A stretch of 64,000 bases of DNA, taken from NCBI GenBank assembly GCA_041937175.2, contig CP166615.1, positions 3,392,001 to 3,456,000 of the forward strand, given 5' to 3'. This DNA comes from Limnothrix sp. BL-A-16 (GTDB taxonomy: Bacteria; Cyanobacteriota; Cyanobacteriia; CACIAM-69d). Position numbers and translations under genes: made by a program. The notes under the pieces were generated by a model. That model worked only from the letters and a program-made list of their open reading frames with translations, was not told where the DNA came from and ran no database searches. This document shows, piece by piece, positions 34,430-45,032 of the stretch (position 1 is its first letter; every line of letters begins with the position of its first letter).

Positions 34430-35677
34430 TCAAAGGCCGTTATCACTAATGGTGAGGGTAGCGGTTGCCAAATCTAGCTCGGCCCCAACGGGATTGGACA
34501 GCAGCAGCATTACGGTTTCATTGGGTTCCGTGCGCCGATCGTCCGTTAGCGGAATAGAGATGGTTTTGCGGGTTTCGCCGGCCCCAAAGACGATCGAACC
34601 GGTGATGGGGGTGAAATCTTGGTTGGGGGTAGCTGTGCCGCCGCTGGTGCTGAAGCTCACGCTCACATCCGTTGCTGTGTTCACCGATCGCTCTAGGGTA
34701 ACGGTCGCCTTGCCATCCAGCTCAACGCCCAAAAAATTGCCCTTGCTGAACCGAATCACGGCCGGGGTCGGGGCCAGGCTATCTTGGGACACCACATTGC
34801 TGGCGTTGAAACTATTGGGGCTGACCCCCTTTAAAATCGCCAAATTGCGGCCCGTCGCCCGATCGCGCACGATCGTATCGCCGCTGTTGTTTCCCGTTCC
34901 GGCGATGAAGTCCAAATCTGCAAACCCTTGACCGCTGGGCAGCACCAACTGATCGGCCTCGCTGGTTCGGAAATCCAAAATCAAATCCGCTTGGTCGATC
35001 GTGCCTCCATCCATCGCCATCCCAATCAAAAAGCGATCGGCCCCCAAGCCGCCAGTCAACGTATCAATACCCAACTCGCCCGCGAGCCAATCGTCTCCCA
35101 AATCCCCCAATAACTGATCGTTGCCGCTGCCGCCCCACAGACTATCTGCCCCTTGTCCCCCTTGGATCCAATCATGGCCATCATTGCCCCATAGCTGATC
35201 TCGTCCTCGGTTTCCCAGCAGGCGATCGTCCCCATCCAAGCCGTGTAATTCGTCATCACCGCCCCCGCCTTGAATCCAGTCCCGGCCAATGCCCCCAAGA
35301 ACCAGATCGGCGTTTTCAGTGGTTAGCTCCACACGATAAAAACCATCATTGGCGCTGCGGCGTTCCCTGGTTTCTGGGGCGATCGGGGTGGTTAATCCAC
35401 CGCTGGATGGGGTGATGGGCGTGGTGTCCGAAATTGCAGAACTCGCGACTAAATTGCTCGCTTCCGAATTGAGCAGAAAATCTGCGGCTGAAACCGTCTC
35501 TGAAACTGCGTTGGTACTTCTAAAACTCTGATTTGCGGGGAAACTACTGGATGCCAATTGCCAGAAACCGAATTTTGGTAGATTTTGGCTGGAGGGAAGG
35601 CTGATCTCAAAAGTTTGCGCCCAAGGATCCGACTCTCGACAATCAAAATTTGCCACACCAAACTCGCTAAAGTTCAT
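34430..35677 (-). CDS. RTX / single Calx-beta protein, paralog of the 31438-33762 N-half
   Basis: GGxGxD repeats; shared ADLILDF...GDTIVRDRATGR...TATLTI block. Confidence 0.85.
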   Translation of the reverse strand: MNFSEFGVANFDCRESDPWAQTFEISLPSSQNLPKFGFWQLASSSFPANQSFRSTNAVSETVSAADFLLNSEASNLVASSAISDTTPITPSSGGLTTPIAPETRERRSANDGFYRVELTTENADLVLGGIGRDWIQGGGGDDELHGLDGDDRLLGNRGRDQLWGNDGHDWIQGGQGADSLWGGSGNDQLLGDLGDDWLAGELGIDTLTGGLGADRFLIGMAMDGGTIDQADLILDFRTSEADQLVLPSGQGFADLDFIAGTGNNSGDTIVRDRATGRNLAILKGVSPNSFNASNVVSQDSLAPTPAVIRFSKGNFLGVELDGKATVTLERSVNTATDVSVSFSTSGGTATPNQDFTPITGSIVFGAGETRKTISIPLTDDRRTEPNETVMLLLSNPVGAELDLATATLTISDNGL

Positions 35678-36123
35678 GGGAAAACTCCGTCAGTCGTGGC
35701 TGATTTTTAGGGAATATAATTTTTTCTTCAGAAATTCAAAACAAGAACCGGATCTGATAGAGAATTTTCTTTTGTAAAGATCAAGTATTAAATCGAACTC
35801 ATGAAAATTATTTCTAATAAAAGAGGTCTATATTTTGATGAGTTTTAATTATGCAAAATTCATTGACGACTTATCGAAAAGTGCAGTGGATTCAATTGAA
35901 TTCAATCAGTCGCTTGGGTTAATCTTGGAACCTTGCAATTAGATCGGACTGCTGGCCTCGATTGGAAATAATTGAATCAATGGTGGCTTGAGCGCAAAGT
36001 TGGAGCCTTGCAGCAGCCTTGAGCAATCTTTGGGTCAAAATTTTTACCCACGGTGCGTCAAATAGGTTGCTTTGGCTTACGGAAGGGATATTGATAGCCG
36101 GATAGACAAATGCCAAGGCGCGA

Positions 36124-37221
36124 TCAGTCTTCGGGGCGATCGACCTGGCCATGAATTGGCCCCTGAAAGCGCGGCACGAGGGTTAAGGTCAAGATCCGAT
36201 CCTGGATGCGCTGTAGCCCTAATTGCTCGATCGCCCTTTGCCCGATCGCTCCCGGTAGCCCCATCAGCCCCATCTTGAGCACAATTTGCGCCACCAAGGG
36301 CCATTGCTTCAACACCCCTCGATTGCACTGCAAGACTTGCCAGGCGAAGCGAGCGGCGGTTTTGGCGCGGCGCAGTTGGGCGGGGCCATCCAACGCCTTA
36401 AAGAGCAGATATTTGTAGCGGTTGCCCCAAATGAGGGCCCGGTGGGGAGTGAGTTGGTCGGGCGATCGGGCGATCGCCGTTTGCAGAATTTGCCGACTGA
36501 CGCGCTCCTGTCGCCACACGTTTTCCGATGAGGAGGTGGGCCGTTGGCGATAGAACACATGGCATTCGGGCACATGGGCCGCTGGAAACTGCCAAGCCAA
36601 TCGCAACCACAAATCCCAATCTTCTGAGGGAACCAAGTCTGGATTAAAGCCCCCCACTTGGCTCAAGGCCGATCGACTGACCAGCACATTAGACCCGCTG
36701 GAGACAAAATCCGTGACCAACAGGGGCCCATAGATCCAACCGCTGAAAGGGCTGATGACCGGTTGCCCGATCGCCCGGCCCGTGTCATCGGTGAGCTGAG
36801 TCCAACTGTAAACCCAACCGGCGGCGGGGTTGGCCGCCAGGGCCGCCAGTTGGGCCCGCAACTTGTCGGGATGCCAGCGATCGTCCGCATCGATGAATCC
36901 AATCCAGTTCCCCCGCGCCCGAGCGATCCCACGATTCCGGGCGATCGCCTGTCCCCCGTTGGCAAAGGCATAAACCCGAATCCGGCCATCGGCGACCGCC
37001 ATCGATTCAGCCAAGGCCCGGGAGCGATCGTGGCTGCCATCGTCAATGATCAACAGTTCCCAATCGGGTTCCGTTTGGGCCAAAATCGAGGCCACCGTAT
37101 CCGACAGGGTGTCTGCCCCATTGAACACCGGCAGCACGATCGACACCTGCGGCTGGTGGCTGTCCTCGGTGCTGTTGTCCTCGGTGTTGTGGGTTGCGGG
37201 TTTGGTGGCTCCCTTAGCCAT
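36124..37221 (-). CDS. Glycosyltransferase family 2
   Basis: VSIVLPVFN, IIDDGSHD, FIDADD, SEDWDLWLR; start may be 37236. Confidence 0.92.
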   Translation of the reverse strand: MAKGATKPATHNTEDNSTEDSHQPQVSIVLPVFNGADTLSDTVASILAQTEPDWELLIIDDGSHDRSRALAESMAVADGRIRVYAFANGGQAIARNRGIARARGNWIGFIDADDRWHPDKLRAQLAALAANPAAGWVYSWTQLTDDTGRAIGQPVISPFSGWIYGPLLVTDFVSSGSNVLVSRSALSQVGGFNPDLVPSEDWDLWLRLAWQFPAAHVPECHVFYRQRPTSSSENVWRQERVSRQILQTAIARSPDQLTPHRALIWGNRYKYLLFKALDGPAQLRRAKTAARFAWQVLQCNRGVLKQWPLVAQIVLKMGLMGLPGAIGQRAIEQLGLQRIQDRILTLTLVPRFQGPIHGQVDRPED

Positions 37222-37222
37222 A

Positions 37223-37363
37223 GAACCTGTCGTCATTTTCTGGAATCAAGGGACAACGGTTAATTTTTCATCCCCTCATCGTCGTAACAAGGGGCTTAAG
37301 CCCCTTGTCCCCTAGGATCTCGTCACGATGACATCAGGGTTGCAGACGATTGAGCACAGGGCA
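37223..37363. mobile_element. MITE family A copy
   Basis: ta-gaacctgtcgtca... palindromic core ...cacagggca-ta. Confidence 0.7.
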
Positions 37364-37367
37364 TAAC

Positions 37368-38585
37368 CTAGGCGCTGCGGAGGGCCACGATCGGATCCAG
37401 CTTGGCCGCCTGTTGGGCTGGAATTACACCAAAAAAGAGACCAATCCCACCAGAAACACCCACAGCCACCCCGATCGCGGTGCTAGAGGGGGCCGCTTCC
37501 AAGTCCGTGGCCACGCTCACCAAGGCCAAGCCGCCAACCCCAACGGCCGTGCCGATCGCCCCGCCCAAACTGGCCAAAATCGTCGCTTCAATCACAAACT
37601 GCATCAAAATATCCCGCTGGGAAGCCCCGATCGCCTTGCGCAGCCCGATTTCTTGGGTGCGTTCCGCCACCGACACCAACATGATATTGGTGATGCCAAT
37701 GCCACCCACCAGCAGGGAAATACTGGCGATCGCCACCAACATCACCTGCAACGTGCCGGTGATTGCCCCCAGGGTGTTTTGCAAATCCTGCTGGTTACGA
37801 ACGGTGAAATCATCTTCACCCACAATTTTGTGTCGTCGGCGCAGTAGGTTTTCAATCTGGAATTGGGCGGCTCGCATCACCGTTTCATCCCGCGCCGACA
37901 GGGAAATATAACTAACACTGGTTCCATAGGGCGATCGACGACCCACCAACTGGTTCGCCATGGTGCGCAGCGGCAAAAACACGGTCATGTCCATATCCAT
38001 GCCGAAGCTGGATCCCTTGGGCTGCATCACCCCAATCACCTCTGCTCGCAGGTTGCGAACGCGCACGGACTGCCCGATCGGGTCTTGGCCGTTGAACAAT
38101 TGCCGCGCCACCTCAGATCCCAACACCACCACCCGTTGCACCCGTTGGCCATCGAGCTTGGAGATAAACCGGCCCCGATCGACCTGAAAATCGCGCACCT
38201 CGGTGTAGTCCGGCGTGGTGCCAATGACGGTGACGCTAGCGTTGCGGCCCCGGTAGCTCACCACTTCGTTCCCGGTCAGCTCCGGAGCCACTGCCACCAC
38301 GGTGGGTACTTCTGTAGAAATGGCCTCCGCGTCTTCCAGCACCAGGGTTTGTGGGGGCCAAAGGGGCCGCCGATCAGCCTCCGGGCTGCCGGGGCGAATA
38401 AACAATGTATTGGGGCCCAAGGATTGCACCTCGGCGGTCACAAACCGTTGGGCCCCCTCGCCCACCCCGATCGTGGCAATCACCGAAGCATTGCCAATCA
38501 CAATCCCCAGCATGGTGAGGCTGCTGCGCAATTTGTTGGCGGCCAAGGTGGCGATCGCCATTTTGAGGCTTTCCCAGAGGTTCAT
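37368..38585 (-). CDS. MacB/FtsX-like ABC permease
   Basis: NKLRSSLTMLGIVIG, ERTQEIGLRKAIGA, AAKLDPIVALR. Confidence 0.92.
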   Translation of the reverse strand: MNLWESLKMAIATLAANKLRSSLTMLGIVIGNASVIATIGVGEGAQRFVTAEVQSLGPNTLFIRPGSPEADRRPLWPPQTLVLEDAEAISTEVPTVVAVAPELTGNEVVSYRGRNASVTVIGTTPDYTEVRDFQVDRGRFISKLDGQRVQRVVVLGSEVARQLFNGQDPIGQSVRVRNLRAEVIGVMQPKGSSFGMDMDMTVFLPLRTMANQLVGRRSPYGTSVSYISLSARDETVMRAAQFQIENLLRRRHKIVGEDDFTVRNQQDLQNTLGAITGTLQVMLVAIASISLLVGGIGITNIMLVSVAERTQEIGLRKAIGASQRDILMQFVIEATILASLGGAIGTAVGVGGLALVSVATDLEAAPSSTAIGVAVGVSGGIGLFFGVIPAQQAAKLDPIVALRSA

Positions 38586-38670
38586 CGGTAAGGGCGATCG
38601 GGTGGGCGATCAATGAGGGGACTGGAATTTGCTGTCAGAATTAATCCTAGCGAACTCCAAAAACCCTGCG

Positions 38671-38889
38671 GCGATCGCTGAGCCTAGTAGCACGGCTGTT
38701 TTAATTCGATCGGTCAAGTTCAATGACTGTTGCTGCTACCCGATCGTTAGGCAGACAAGATCTTCAGCCCCCTGTCACCACGACTGACTCCGCAACATTG
38801 ACCCACGTGCTACGAGTTGCGGTCAAAATCCCTTAGATGACGGCATATCCCGCAGTGACAGAAGAACGCCCGTAATACCGGAGTTAGAC
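38671..38889 (+). repeat. Left arm copy 1, ending in attI-like site
   Basis: Homologous to 42235-42453; ends CCGTAAT-ACCGGA-GTTAGAC. Confidence 0.8.
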
Positions 38890-38978
38890 CGCACATGCTT
38901 GATAACACCCTGCGGAGGGGAGTTATTGTGTACATGCGGTCTAATACATAGTGGGGCTTCAGTAATGGAGGTTCGGTG

Positions 38979-39539
38979 ATGGTTAGTGCGTGGAATGAAA
39001 TCATTGCCCATTTGAAACACGAGCGCCTGTTCGAGTCATGTGAACTCAACGCGGGTGCGACATACTCGGAATTGGCACAACTCGAACAGCACATCGGTCA
39101 GTCACTTCCGCAAGAGCTTCATGACTTCTTGTCTGAGCACAACGGACAGAAAGTACATGCCAAGCTCGGTATCTATGTGGGCAGCGAATTGCTATCGACC
39201 GAAAGCATTTGTCAGCAGTGGGACGTTTGGCGCTCTATTGATGAGTCCACAATGAATGATGATTGTGCTGACTTCATGTCATCCAAACCGCCGGGTGCAG
39301 TAAAGCCGATGTACACCAATCGATGCTGGATTCCTATGACGCACGACTACGGCGGCAATCACGTCGGCTTAGACTTCGACCCAGGCCCAACCGGTGTCGT
39401 CGGCCAAGTCATTGCCTACGGACGGGATGAAGATGAGAAACGATTGCTAGCAAATTCATTCAAGGAGTTCCTTCCAATTCTGGTCGCAACGGTGCGAAAT
39501 GAAGACTGGTCTTTCGCCGATGAACTCCGAGGACAGTAG
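38979..39539 (+). CDS. SMI1/KNR4 (SUKH) immunity-family protein, gene cassette
   Basis: LNAGAT..ELAQLE...LP....HNGQ, WIPMTHDYGGNHVGLDFDPG..GQVI. Confidence 0.88.
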   Translation: MVSAWNEIIAHLKHERLFESCELNAGATYSELAQLEQHIGQSLPQELHDFLSEHNGQKVHAKLGIYVGSELLSTESICQQWDVWRSIDESTMNDDCADFMSSKPPGAVKPMYTNRCWIPMTHDYGGNHVGLDFDPGPTGVVGQVIAYGRDEDEKRLLANSFKEFLPILVATVRNEDWSFADELRGQ

Positions 39540-39560
39540 TAAATCGTCGAAACCAATGAC

Positions 39561-39656
39561 ACCCAACCCCTCCGTCAACCGGACCGCCTGCAAGCTGTGC
39601 TTGCAAGTTCGCTCCCGCCGGCCGGCGAAGGTGGAAGGCTACGTCCAACGTTCGCC
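39561..39656 (+). other. attC site 1
   Basis: ACCCAAC...GTTCGCC imperfect palindrome. Confidence 0.8.
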
Positions 39657-39715
39657 CACTAAATCACGGTCGCAATCAGTCGGTCGCCTGTCAATGATGA
39701 ATGATGTGAATACCC

Positions 39716-40156
39716 ATGTCGAAACCGAAACGCAACGATATCAGCATCGGAAAAGATAAATGGATCACGTTCGTTGAACTTGATGGCCAACAGACAAACG
39801 CGATCGAGTTGGACGAGATTCTGAAACCCATCGAACCATTCTTGAACTCGCTGGAAACTGAATGTGTCGCCGCCTGTTGCGGAGTTGATGCATACGCACT
39901 ATGGCCGGAAGACATTGCAGGTGCTGCGAAACAATCAGACATTCCCGACCTGTCGCGGTCGATTGAAACCGTACGACAACACATCATTGATTCGGGCGGG
40001 GATTCATTCGTGAGCCACCGCATGAACAACTTTTTCCACAGGCAGACTCTGTTACAGTTGATCGACCATATCGCTCAGTGCGTCGGTCATGCAGACGACG
40101 TGGGCGAACAAAGCGGTGAACCGGAGCCGCCGATCACGCGGAATTTGAAGTCATAG
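39716..40156 (+). CDS. Hypothetical cassette protein (DUF6331-like), reading into its attC
   Basis: LETECVAACCGVDAY motif. Confidence 0.75.
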   Translation: MSKPKRNDISIGKDKWITFVELDGQQTNAIELDEILKPIEPFLNSLETECVAACCGVDAYALWPEDIAGAAKQSDIPDLSRSIETVRQHIIDSGGDSFVSHRMNNFFHRQTLLQLIDHIAQCVGHADDVGEQSGEPEPPITRNLKS

Positions 40157-40193
40157 TTTCTTGGCGGCGGCCCGGTTACCGCAGCCGTTAGCC
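40103..40193 (+). other. attC site 2
   Basis: GGCGAAC-aaagcggtgaaccggagccgccg...ggcggcggcccggttaccgc-GTTAGCC. Confidence 0.88.
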
Positions 40194-40202
40194 GTCAAAT
40201 CC

Positions 40203-40640
40203 ATGAAAGCGATCGAGTACTCAGAAGCGGATAGACAAGGACTCGCACAAGCTCTCATGATTGCGAGATCGGGTGTCCGCTCGCACGTTTCTGAAGGTGA
40301 TGAAAAACTTCTCGGTTTCTTGCTCAGACACGGAGAATGCGATGTCGTGATTTCCGTCCTGCGTATTGAAGTGAGATTTTCATGGCTACAAAAGCGAAAA
40401 CCATCAACTTATTTCGGTGCGCTCGCGCCAGGACTTGTCACCCAATTGATGGAACTGGGGGGCATTGAATCCGTAAAGGATGCAATTGAGTTTACTGTTG
40501 GTCCTGGTAGCACTGGCTCGGATACCTACAAGTTTTTCTTCACCAAGAAATGGGTGCGGCTCACCTGTTCGGACGAAGCAATTCACATTCAAGTGCGCGA
40601 TCAACAACACGATCTGACTGCGCCGCTTCGATATGAATAA
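40203..40640 (+). CDS. Hypothetical cassette protein
   Basis: ORF fills the space between attC2 and attC3. Confidence 0.7.
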   Translation: MKAIEYSEADRQGLAQALMIARSGVRSHVSEGDEKLLGFLLRHGECDVVISVLRIEVRFSWLQKRKPSTYFGALAPGLVTQLMELGGIESVKDAIEFTVGPGSTGSDTYKFFFTKKWVRLTCSDEAIHIQVRDQQHDLTAPLRYE

Positions 40641-40684
40641 TCCCAGAAGCAAGTGACAACACTGACGCAATAAGACCGAAAGAC

Positions 40685-40775
40685 GGCTAACAAGGCGGCC
40701 AACCTGAGCGGTGGATCGGGCGGATTCTGAAATCAAAGGTTCTCGGTCGCCGCTGGGTTACCTTGGTCGTTAGCC
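40685..40775 (+). other. attC site 3
   Basis: GGCTAAC-aaggcggccaacctgagcgg...ccgctgggttacctt-GTTAGCC; related to attC2. Confidence 0.88.
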
Positions 40776-40831
40776 TGCAATCTTAGTTTCTGAATTAGCC
40801 TGAGAATGTAACTCGTGGCGAGGTTAGCAAT

Positions 40832-41653
40832 ATGAGTTTTGATTTCTCCACCGCCTCCGATTCGACAACAGATGCGTTGAGCTATTTTTCTGATCGGGGC
40901 GAAGATTACGAAAAGTACCGCCCGATTTATCCCGCTTCTGTGATCGATACAATTTTGTCAGGCTTGGGAAGTCCGACTCAGATTACTGCTGCTGATGTTG
41001 GCGCAGGAACAGGGATTGGCGCAAGATTGCTGGCAGATCGAGGGATTCAGGTTGTGGCGATCGAACCCAACGAAGACATGAGAACGGCAGCGACCCCGCA
41101 TGAAGGCGTAGAGTTTCTGGTCGGAACTGCCGAACAGACCCCTCTCAAGGATGCCTCAGTCGATTTAGTTACTTCGTTTCAAGCATTCCATTGGTTTGAT
41201 TTTGACAAAAGTCTCCAAGAGTTCCGCCGTATCCTCAAACCCAGTGGACGTTTAGCATTAACATGGAGCTTTTGGGATCAAGATGACCTTGTTTCCAAAG
41301 AATACACCCGCTTGGTTTTTGAAGCATCCAAAGATCGAGAGCACCAATCCCGATCCGAAATGCAACTGGAAACATGGTTCAAGAGCATCAGTTATCAACT
41401 GTTTTGGCAAGGGTTATGGTTGCCTTGCTTCACAAATTTAAAGCGACATCAGTTTGTGTCTAACCAATACTTAGATTCTCTAGGGCTAGTCGGTTTAGCC
41501 CGAAGTCAGGGATTTACAGCGTCTGAAGGAAGAAATTTAGAAAAACTTGTATCAGACTTAGCCGTATTTCATCAACGTTTTTGCGATCACCAAGGTTTGG
41601 TAAGATTAATTTATCGCACACACTTGTATACCGCAACTTCCAACTGTCGTTAA
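40832..41653 (+). CDS. Class I SAM-dependent methyltransferase (cassette)
   Basis: [24 protein letters not shown]. Confidence 0.9.
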   Translation: MSFDFSTASDSTTDALSYFSDRGEDYEKYRPIYPASVIDTILSGLGSPTQITAADVGAGTGIGARLLADRGIQVVAIEPNEDMRTAATPHEGVEFLVGTAEQTPLKDASVDLVTSFQAFHWFDFDKSLQEFRRILKPSGRLALTWSFWDQDDLVSKEYTRLVFEASKDREHQSRSEMQLETWFKSISYQLFWQGLWLPCFTNLKRHQFVSNQYLDSLGLVGLARSQGFTASEGRNLEKLVSDLAVFHQRFCDHQGLVRLIYRTHLYTATSNCR

Positions 41654-41666
41654 AGTACTACTCATT

Positions 41667-42056
41667 ATGGATATAAAACCTTTACAAAAGAAAGCTAAAT
41701 CACGAGGTATTGCTATTGATGGGCAAGGTGGTTACGAGCGACATATTTTGCTGTGTACTGGATTACGTCAAAGTGGGGACACTTGTTGTCCCGCTGAAGA
41801 AGGTGCTAAAACCTGGAAATATTTGGGCAGGCGATTGAAACAACTTGCTCAAGATGGACATAATATTTATCGTACAGAGACAGAATGTTTAATGTTTTGT
41901 CGCAGTGGTCCCCTTGCCGTTGTCTACCCCGAAGGAACTTGGTACTGTGAAGTTACTCCAGAGGTTTGTGAACGTATTATTCAAGAACATTTGCTGGAAG
42001 GACAACCAGTTGAAGAATTCATTTTTGCTTGTAATCCATTGTTGAAAGACCCGTAA
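41667..42056 (+). CDS. Thioredoxin-like [2Fe-2S] ferredoxin (same cassette)
   Basis: HILLC...CC...[20 protein letters not shown]. Confidence 0.9.
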   Translation: MDIKPLQKKAKSRGIAIDGQGGYERHILLCTGLRQSGDTCCPAEEGAKTWKYLGRRLKQLAQDGHNIYRTETECLMFCRSGPLAVVYPEGTWYCEVTPEVCERIIQEHLLEGQPVEEFIFACNPLLKDP

Positions 42057-42071
42057 ACACACTCCCATACA

Positions 42072-42159
42072 GGCTAACAACTTCGCTGCGCCGGAACGCC
42101 GTAATCTAGTCGGTTGAGTTGCAAAGTTTGTCTGCGTCCGGTGAGCTTGGTCGTTAGAC
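42072..42159 (+). other. attC site 4
   Basis: GGCTAAC...gctgcgccggaacgc...gcgtccggtgagc...GTTAGAC. Confidence 0.85.
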
Positions 42160-42453
42160 GACAAAAGGCTCTGGGTATTTTTAAGGCAAAATATAATTTT
42201 GGTTCGGGTGTTCTTTTGAGAAGCGGTCATCCTAGCGATCGCTGAGCCTAGTAGCGCGGCTGTTTTAATTCGATCGGTCAAGTCCAATGACTGTTGCTGC
42301 TACCCGATCGGTAGGGAGCGAAGGTATTAATCTCCTGATCACGACGACTGACTCCGCAACGTTGACCTATGCGCTACGAGTTGCGGTCAAAGTCCCGTAG
42401 ATGACGGTATATTCCGCAGCAACAGAAGAATGCCCATAATATCAGAATTAGAC
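42153..42453 (+). repeat. Right arm copy 1 fused at HIP1 (42235-42242) to left arm copy 2
   Basis: 42153-42242 matches 45089-45178; 42235-42453 matches 38671-38889. Confidence 0.85.
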
Positions 42454-42496
42454 CGCTAGATTTTGGGCTAGGACATCAAGTATTTCAACTTAAATT

Positions 42497-42973
42497 ATGG
42501 AAAGGTTTCAAGATACAGGAGACACAATTCAATCATTTCAAGATCAGGTTCTGGTGCGCTGTCCCCATTGTGAGTCATGTGCTGTTGTGCGTTGCACCAC
42601 TCCTGAAAATTTCCGATTTTCTCCTCGCAGGTTTTCCTGCAAAGCCTGTGGCTCCTACAAAGATTGGGCTGAAAGCACAATTTCAAGAACTTGGAAAAAT
42701 GAGCCACCAGTAGATGATTATTTTCATTACCCTTTATGGTTGCAAGCGCCTTGTTGTGGCCAGACGCTTTGGGCTTACAATTTTGAACATTTAGATTTTC
42801 TTGAAGCATTTGTCAGCGCAAGATTGCGAGAAAGCCAACGCGACGAGAATGATCTTTGGTCGAATCGCAGCCTATTTTCACGCTTGCCGCGATGGATTCA
42901 ATCAGCTAAGAACCGAGAAACTATTTTGAAAGTTATCAGCAAAATTCGTCAATCAAATGAAAGTATTTTGTAG
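42497..42973 (+). CDS. Hypothetical zinc-ribbon-like protein (cassette)
   Basis: VRCPHC, CKACG, PLWLQAPCCGQTLWAYNFEHL, RLPRWI. Confidence 0.8.
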   Translation: MERFQDTGDTIQSFQDQVLVRCPHCESCAVVRCTTPENFRFSPRRFSCKACGSYKDWAESTISRTWKNEPPVDDYFHYPLWLQAPCCGQTLWAYNFEHLDFLEAFVSARLRESQRDENDLWSNRSLFSRLPRWIQSAKNRETILKVISKIRQSNESIL

Positions 42974-42986
42974 CGATACTTCCTAA

Positions 42987-43117
42987 GAGAATGTCTGAGA
43001 AGTATCTTTCAGTACGGGCCAAGCATCAATTATCGTGGGGACAAGGGGCTTAAGCCCCTTATTTGCGTTGACCGCTGGAGCATATGGAGTAGCAATTTTA
43101 GCTTTTCAGACATCCTC
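42987..43117. mobile_element. MITE family B copy
   Basis: taa-gagaatgtctgagaag...cttttcagacatcctc-taa, 131 bp. Confidence 0.85.
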
Positions 43118-43333
43118 TAAGAACGCTCTAATAACGATGATTATTCTAAAATTGTTGACAAAGTGGCATGATCTAAGAATTCTAGTGCGGCGGGCTATCG
43201 AAGATTGATTTGCAGCAAACATAACTTATGCTAAACACAAAAAAGCTTACAGTCGCTGACTAGAAACGTTAAATTTCGCAAAGTCAATGGATAAAAAACT
43301 ATGGCACACTAAAACTATCTTTGAGGAATATTC

Positions 43334-44314
43334 ATGAAAGCAATTGTATGTGCCAAGTATGGATCTCCCGATGCTATGCAGCTTCAAGAAGTAGAAAAAC
43401 CTACTCCTAAAGCAAACGAGGTGCTAATTAAAATCTATGCAACAACAGTAACATCAGCAGATATCCGCATCCGAAAAGCTGACCCATTCCCCGTAAGATT
43501 TTTCTACGGTTTCGCAAGACCTAAAAACAACACGATACTCGGATCGGAGCTAGCCGGAGAGATTGAAGCAGTTGGTGAAAATGTAAAACAATTCAAAGCA
43601 GGCGACAGAGTATTTGCTGGTGCAGGAACCAGTTTTGGTGCAAATGCTGAGTATATTTGTCTGCCTGAAGCAGGGGCAGTTGCGATCAAGCCTACCAATA
43701 TGACCTATGAGGAAGCTGCGGCCATTCCTTTTGGGGCAACAACCGCATTGATCTTCCTGAGAGATAAGGGAAAGATTCAGAGCGGGCAGGAAGTTTTGAT
43801 CTATGGCGCTTCTGGGGCAGTGGGGATGGCTGCCGTGCAGCTTGCCAAATTTTTTGGCGCACAAGTGACCGGATTGTGTAGTACAGCGAAATTAGAATTG
43901 GTGAAATCTCTCGGATCTGATCACGTTATTGACTATACCAAAGAGGATTTCACTCAAAACGGTAAGACCTATGACATCATTTTTGACACCAGTGGCAAAA
44001 GTCCATTTTCAGGCTGTCTCAACTCGCTAAAAAATAATGGCATCTATCTTAGAGCTGTTCATATCAATCTATTGCCGATCCTTCGAGGGCTGTGGACTTC
44101 AATGATCAGCAGCAAGAAAGTCATCGGTGGGGTGGCGATCGAGCGTAAAGCAGATCTGATTTTTCTGAAAGAGTTAATCGAAATGGGCAAGATGAAATCG
44201 GTCATCGACAGGCGTTATTCACTGGAGCAGACTGCCGAAGCTCATAGGTATGTTGAACAAGGACACAAGAAAGGGAATGTCGTCATTATTGTGGAGCAAA
44301 GCAACAAAGTCTAA
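43334..44314 (+). CDS. NAD(P)-dependent MDR alcohol dehydrogenase-like protein (cassette)
   Basis: [28 protein letters not shown]; stop codon lies in the attC R'' box. Confidence 0.9.
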   Translation: MKAIVCAKYGSPDAMQLQEVEKPTPKANEVLIKIYATTVTSADIRIRKADPFPVRFFYGFARPKNNTILGSELAGEIEAVGENVKQFKAGDRVFAGAGTSFGANAEYICLPEAGAVAIKPTNMTYEEAAAIPFGATTALIFLRDKGKIQSGQEVLIYGASGAVGMAAVQLAKFFGAQVTGLCSTAKLELVKSLGSDHVIDYTKEDFTQNGKTYDIIFDTSGKSPFSGCLNSLKNNGIYLRAVHINLLPILRGLWTSMISSKKVIGGVAIERKADLIFLKELIEMGKMKSVIDRRYSLEQTAEAHRYVEQGHKKGNVVIIVEQSNKV

Positions 44315-44404
44315 CAACGCTCTGCACCAGAATGTTCAATAACATTCAATAGGGTCTATTGATTTACAAAACCTGCCTGCGCTTGGTGAGTGCAACCATT
44401 GGGC
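44309..44404 (+). other. attC site 5 (degenerate; GTT mutated to ATT)
   Basis: GTCTAAC...ctctgcacca...tggtgag...ATTGGGC; related to attC4. Confidence 0.7.
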
Positions 44405-44472
44405 GAACAAGAATCTTTGAAGAAAGTCGTAAATTGTCGCACTGGAAGCTTTTTATATTTTGGGAGAATTTG

Positions 44473-45030
44473 GTGCAACCAAAGTTGACGGATAGGCTTG
44501 TATTGAGGCCGTTCTCGGAGAGAGATGCCGAGGGATTATTTCGCTATCTGTCGAGAAAGCAAGTGAATTGCTTCGCTTCAGACAGAATTGAGACAATGGA
44601 TCAAGCAATAAAGGTTGTGGAGGAACGACAGAGAACTGATAAGTTCATTGCTGTTTGTCTTAAAGAGACTGATGAATTGATCGGAGACCTGTTTCTCCAG
44701 AAAGAGGAGCCAGACACTTACAGTGTGGGTTGGAATTTTAACGCAGACTATCAGGGAAAAGGATATGCTCTTGAGAGCGCTAAGGCGCTGCTAGACTATC
44801 TTTTTAAGGATAGAGGTGCAAGAAGAATCTACGCTTATGTGGAAGAAGACAATATTCGCTCTCAGAAGGTCTGTGAACGCCTTGGTATGAGAAAGGAAGG
44901 ATGTTTCAAGGAATTCATCACGTTCATCAATAATGATGACGGAACGCCGAGATACGAAAATACAATGCAATTTGCAATATTAAGCAAAGAATGGGATCCA
45001 ACGAAAGACATCGATATAGAGAAAAAATAG
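44473..45030 (+). CDS. GNAT RimJ/RimL-type acetyltransferase (cassette)
   Basis: YQGKGYA, NIRSQKVCERLGMRKEG; GTG start after GGAGA. Confidence 0.88.
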   Translation: MQPKLTDRLVLRPFSERDAEGLFRYLSRKQVNCFASDRIETMDQAIKVVEERQRTDKFIAVCLKETDELIGDLFLQKEEPDTYSVGWNFNADYQGKGYALESAKALLDYLFKDRGARRIYAYVEEDNIRSQKVCERLGMRKEGCFKEFITFINNDDGTPRYENTMQFAILSKEWDPTKDIDIEKK

Positions 45031-45032
45031 CC

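Noticed and set aside
38688..38704. Possible LexA-like box (AGCAC-GGCT-GTTTT) of a lost intI promoter in the left arm
   Set aside because: Two or more mismatches to consensus and no convincing -10; too weak to call
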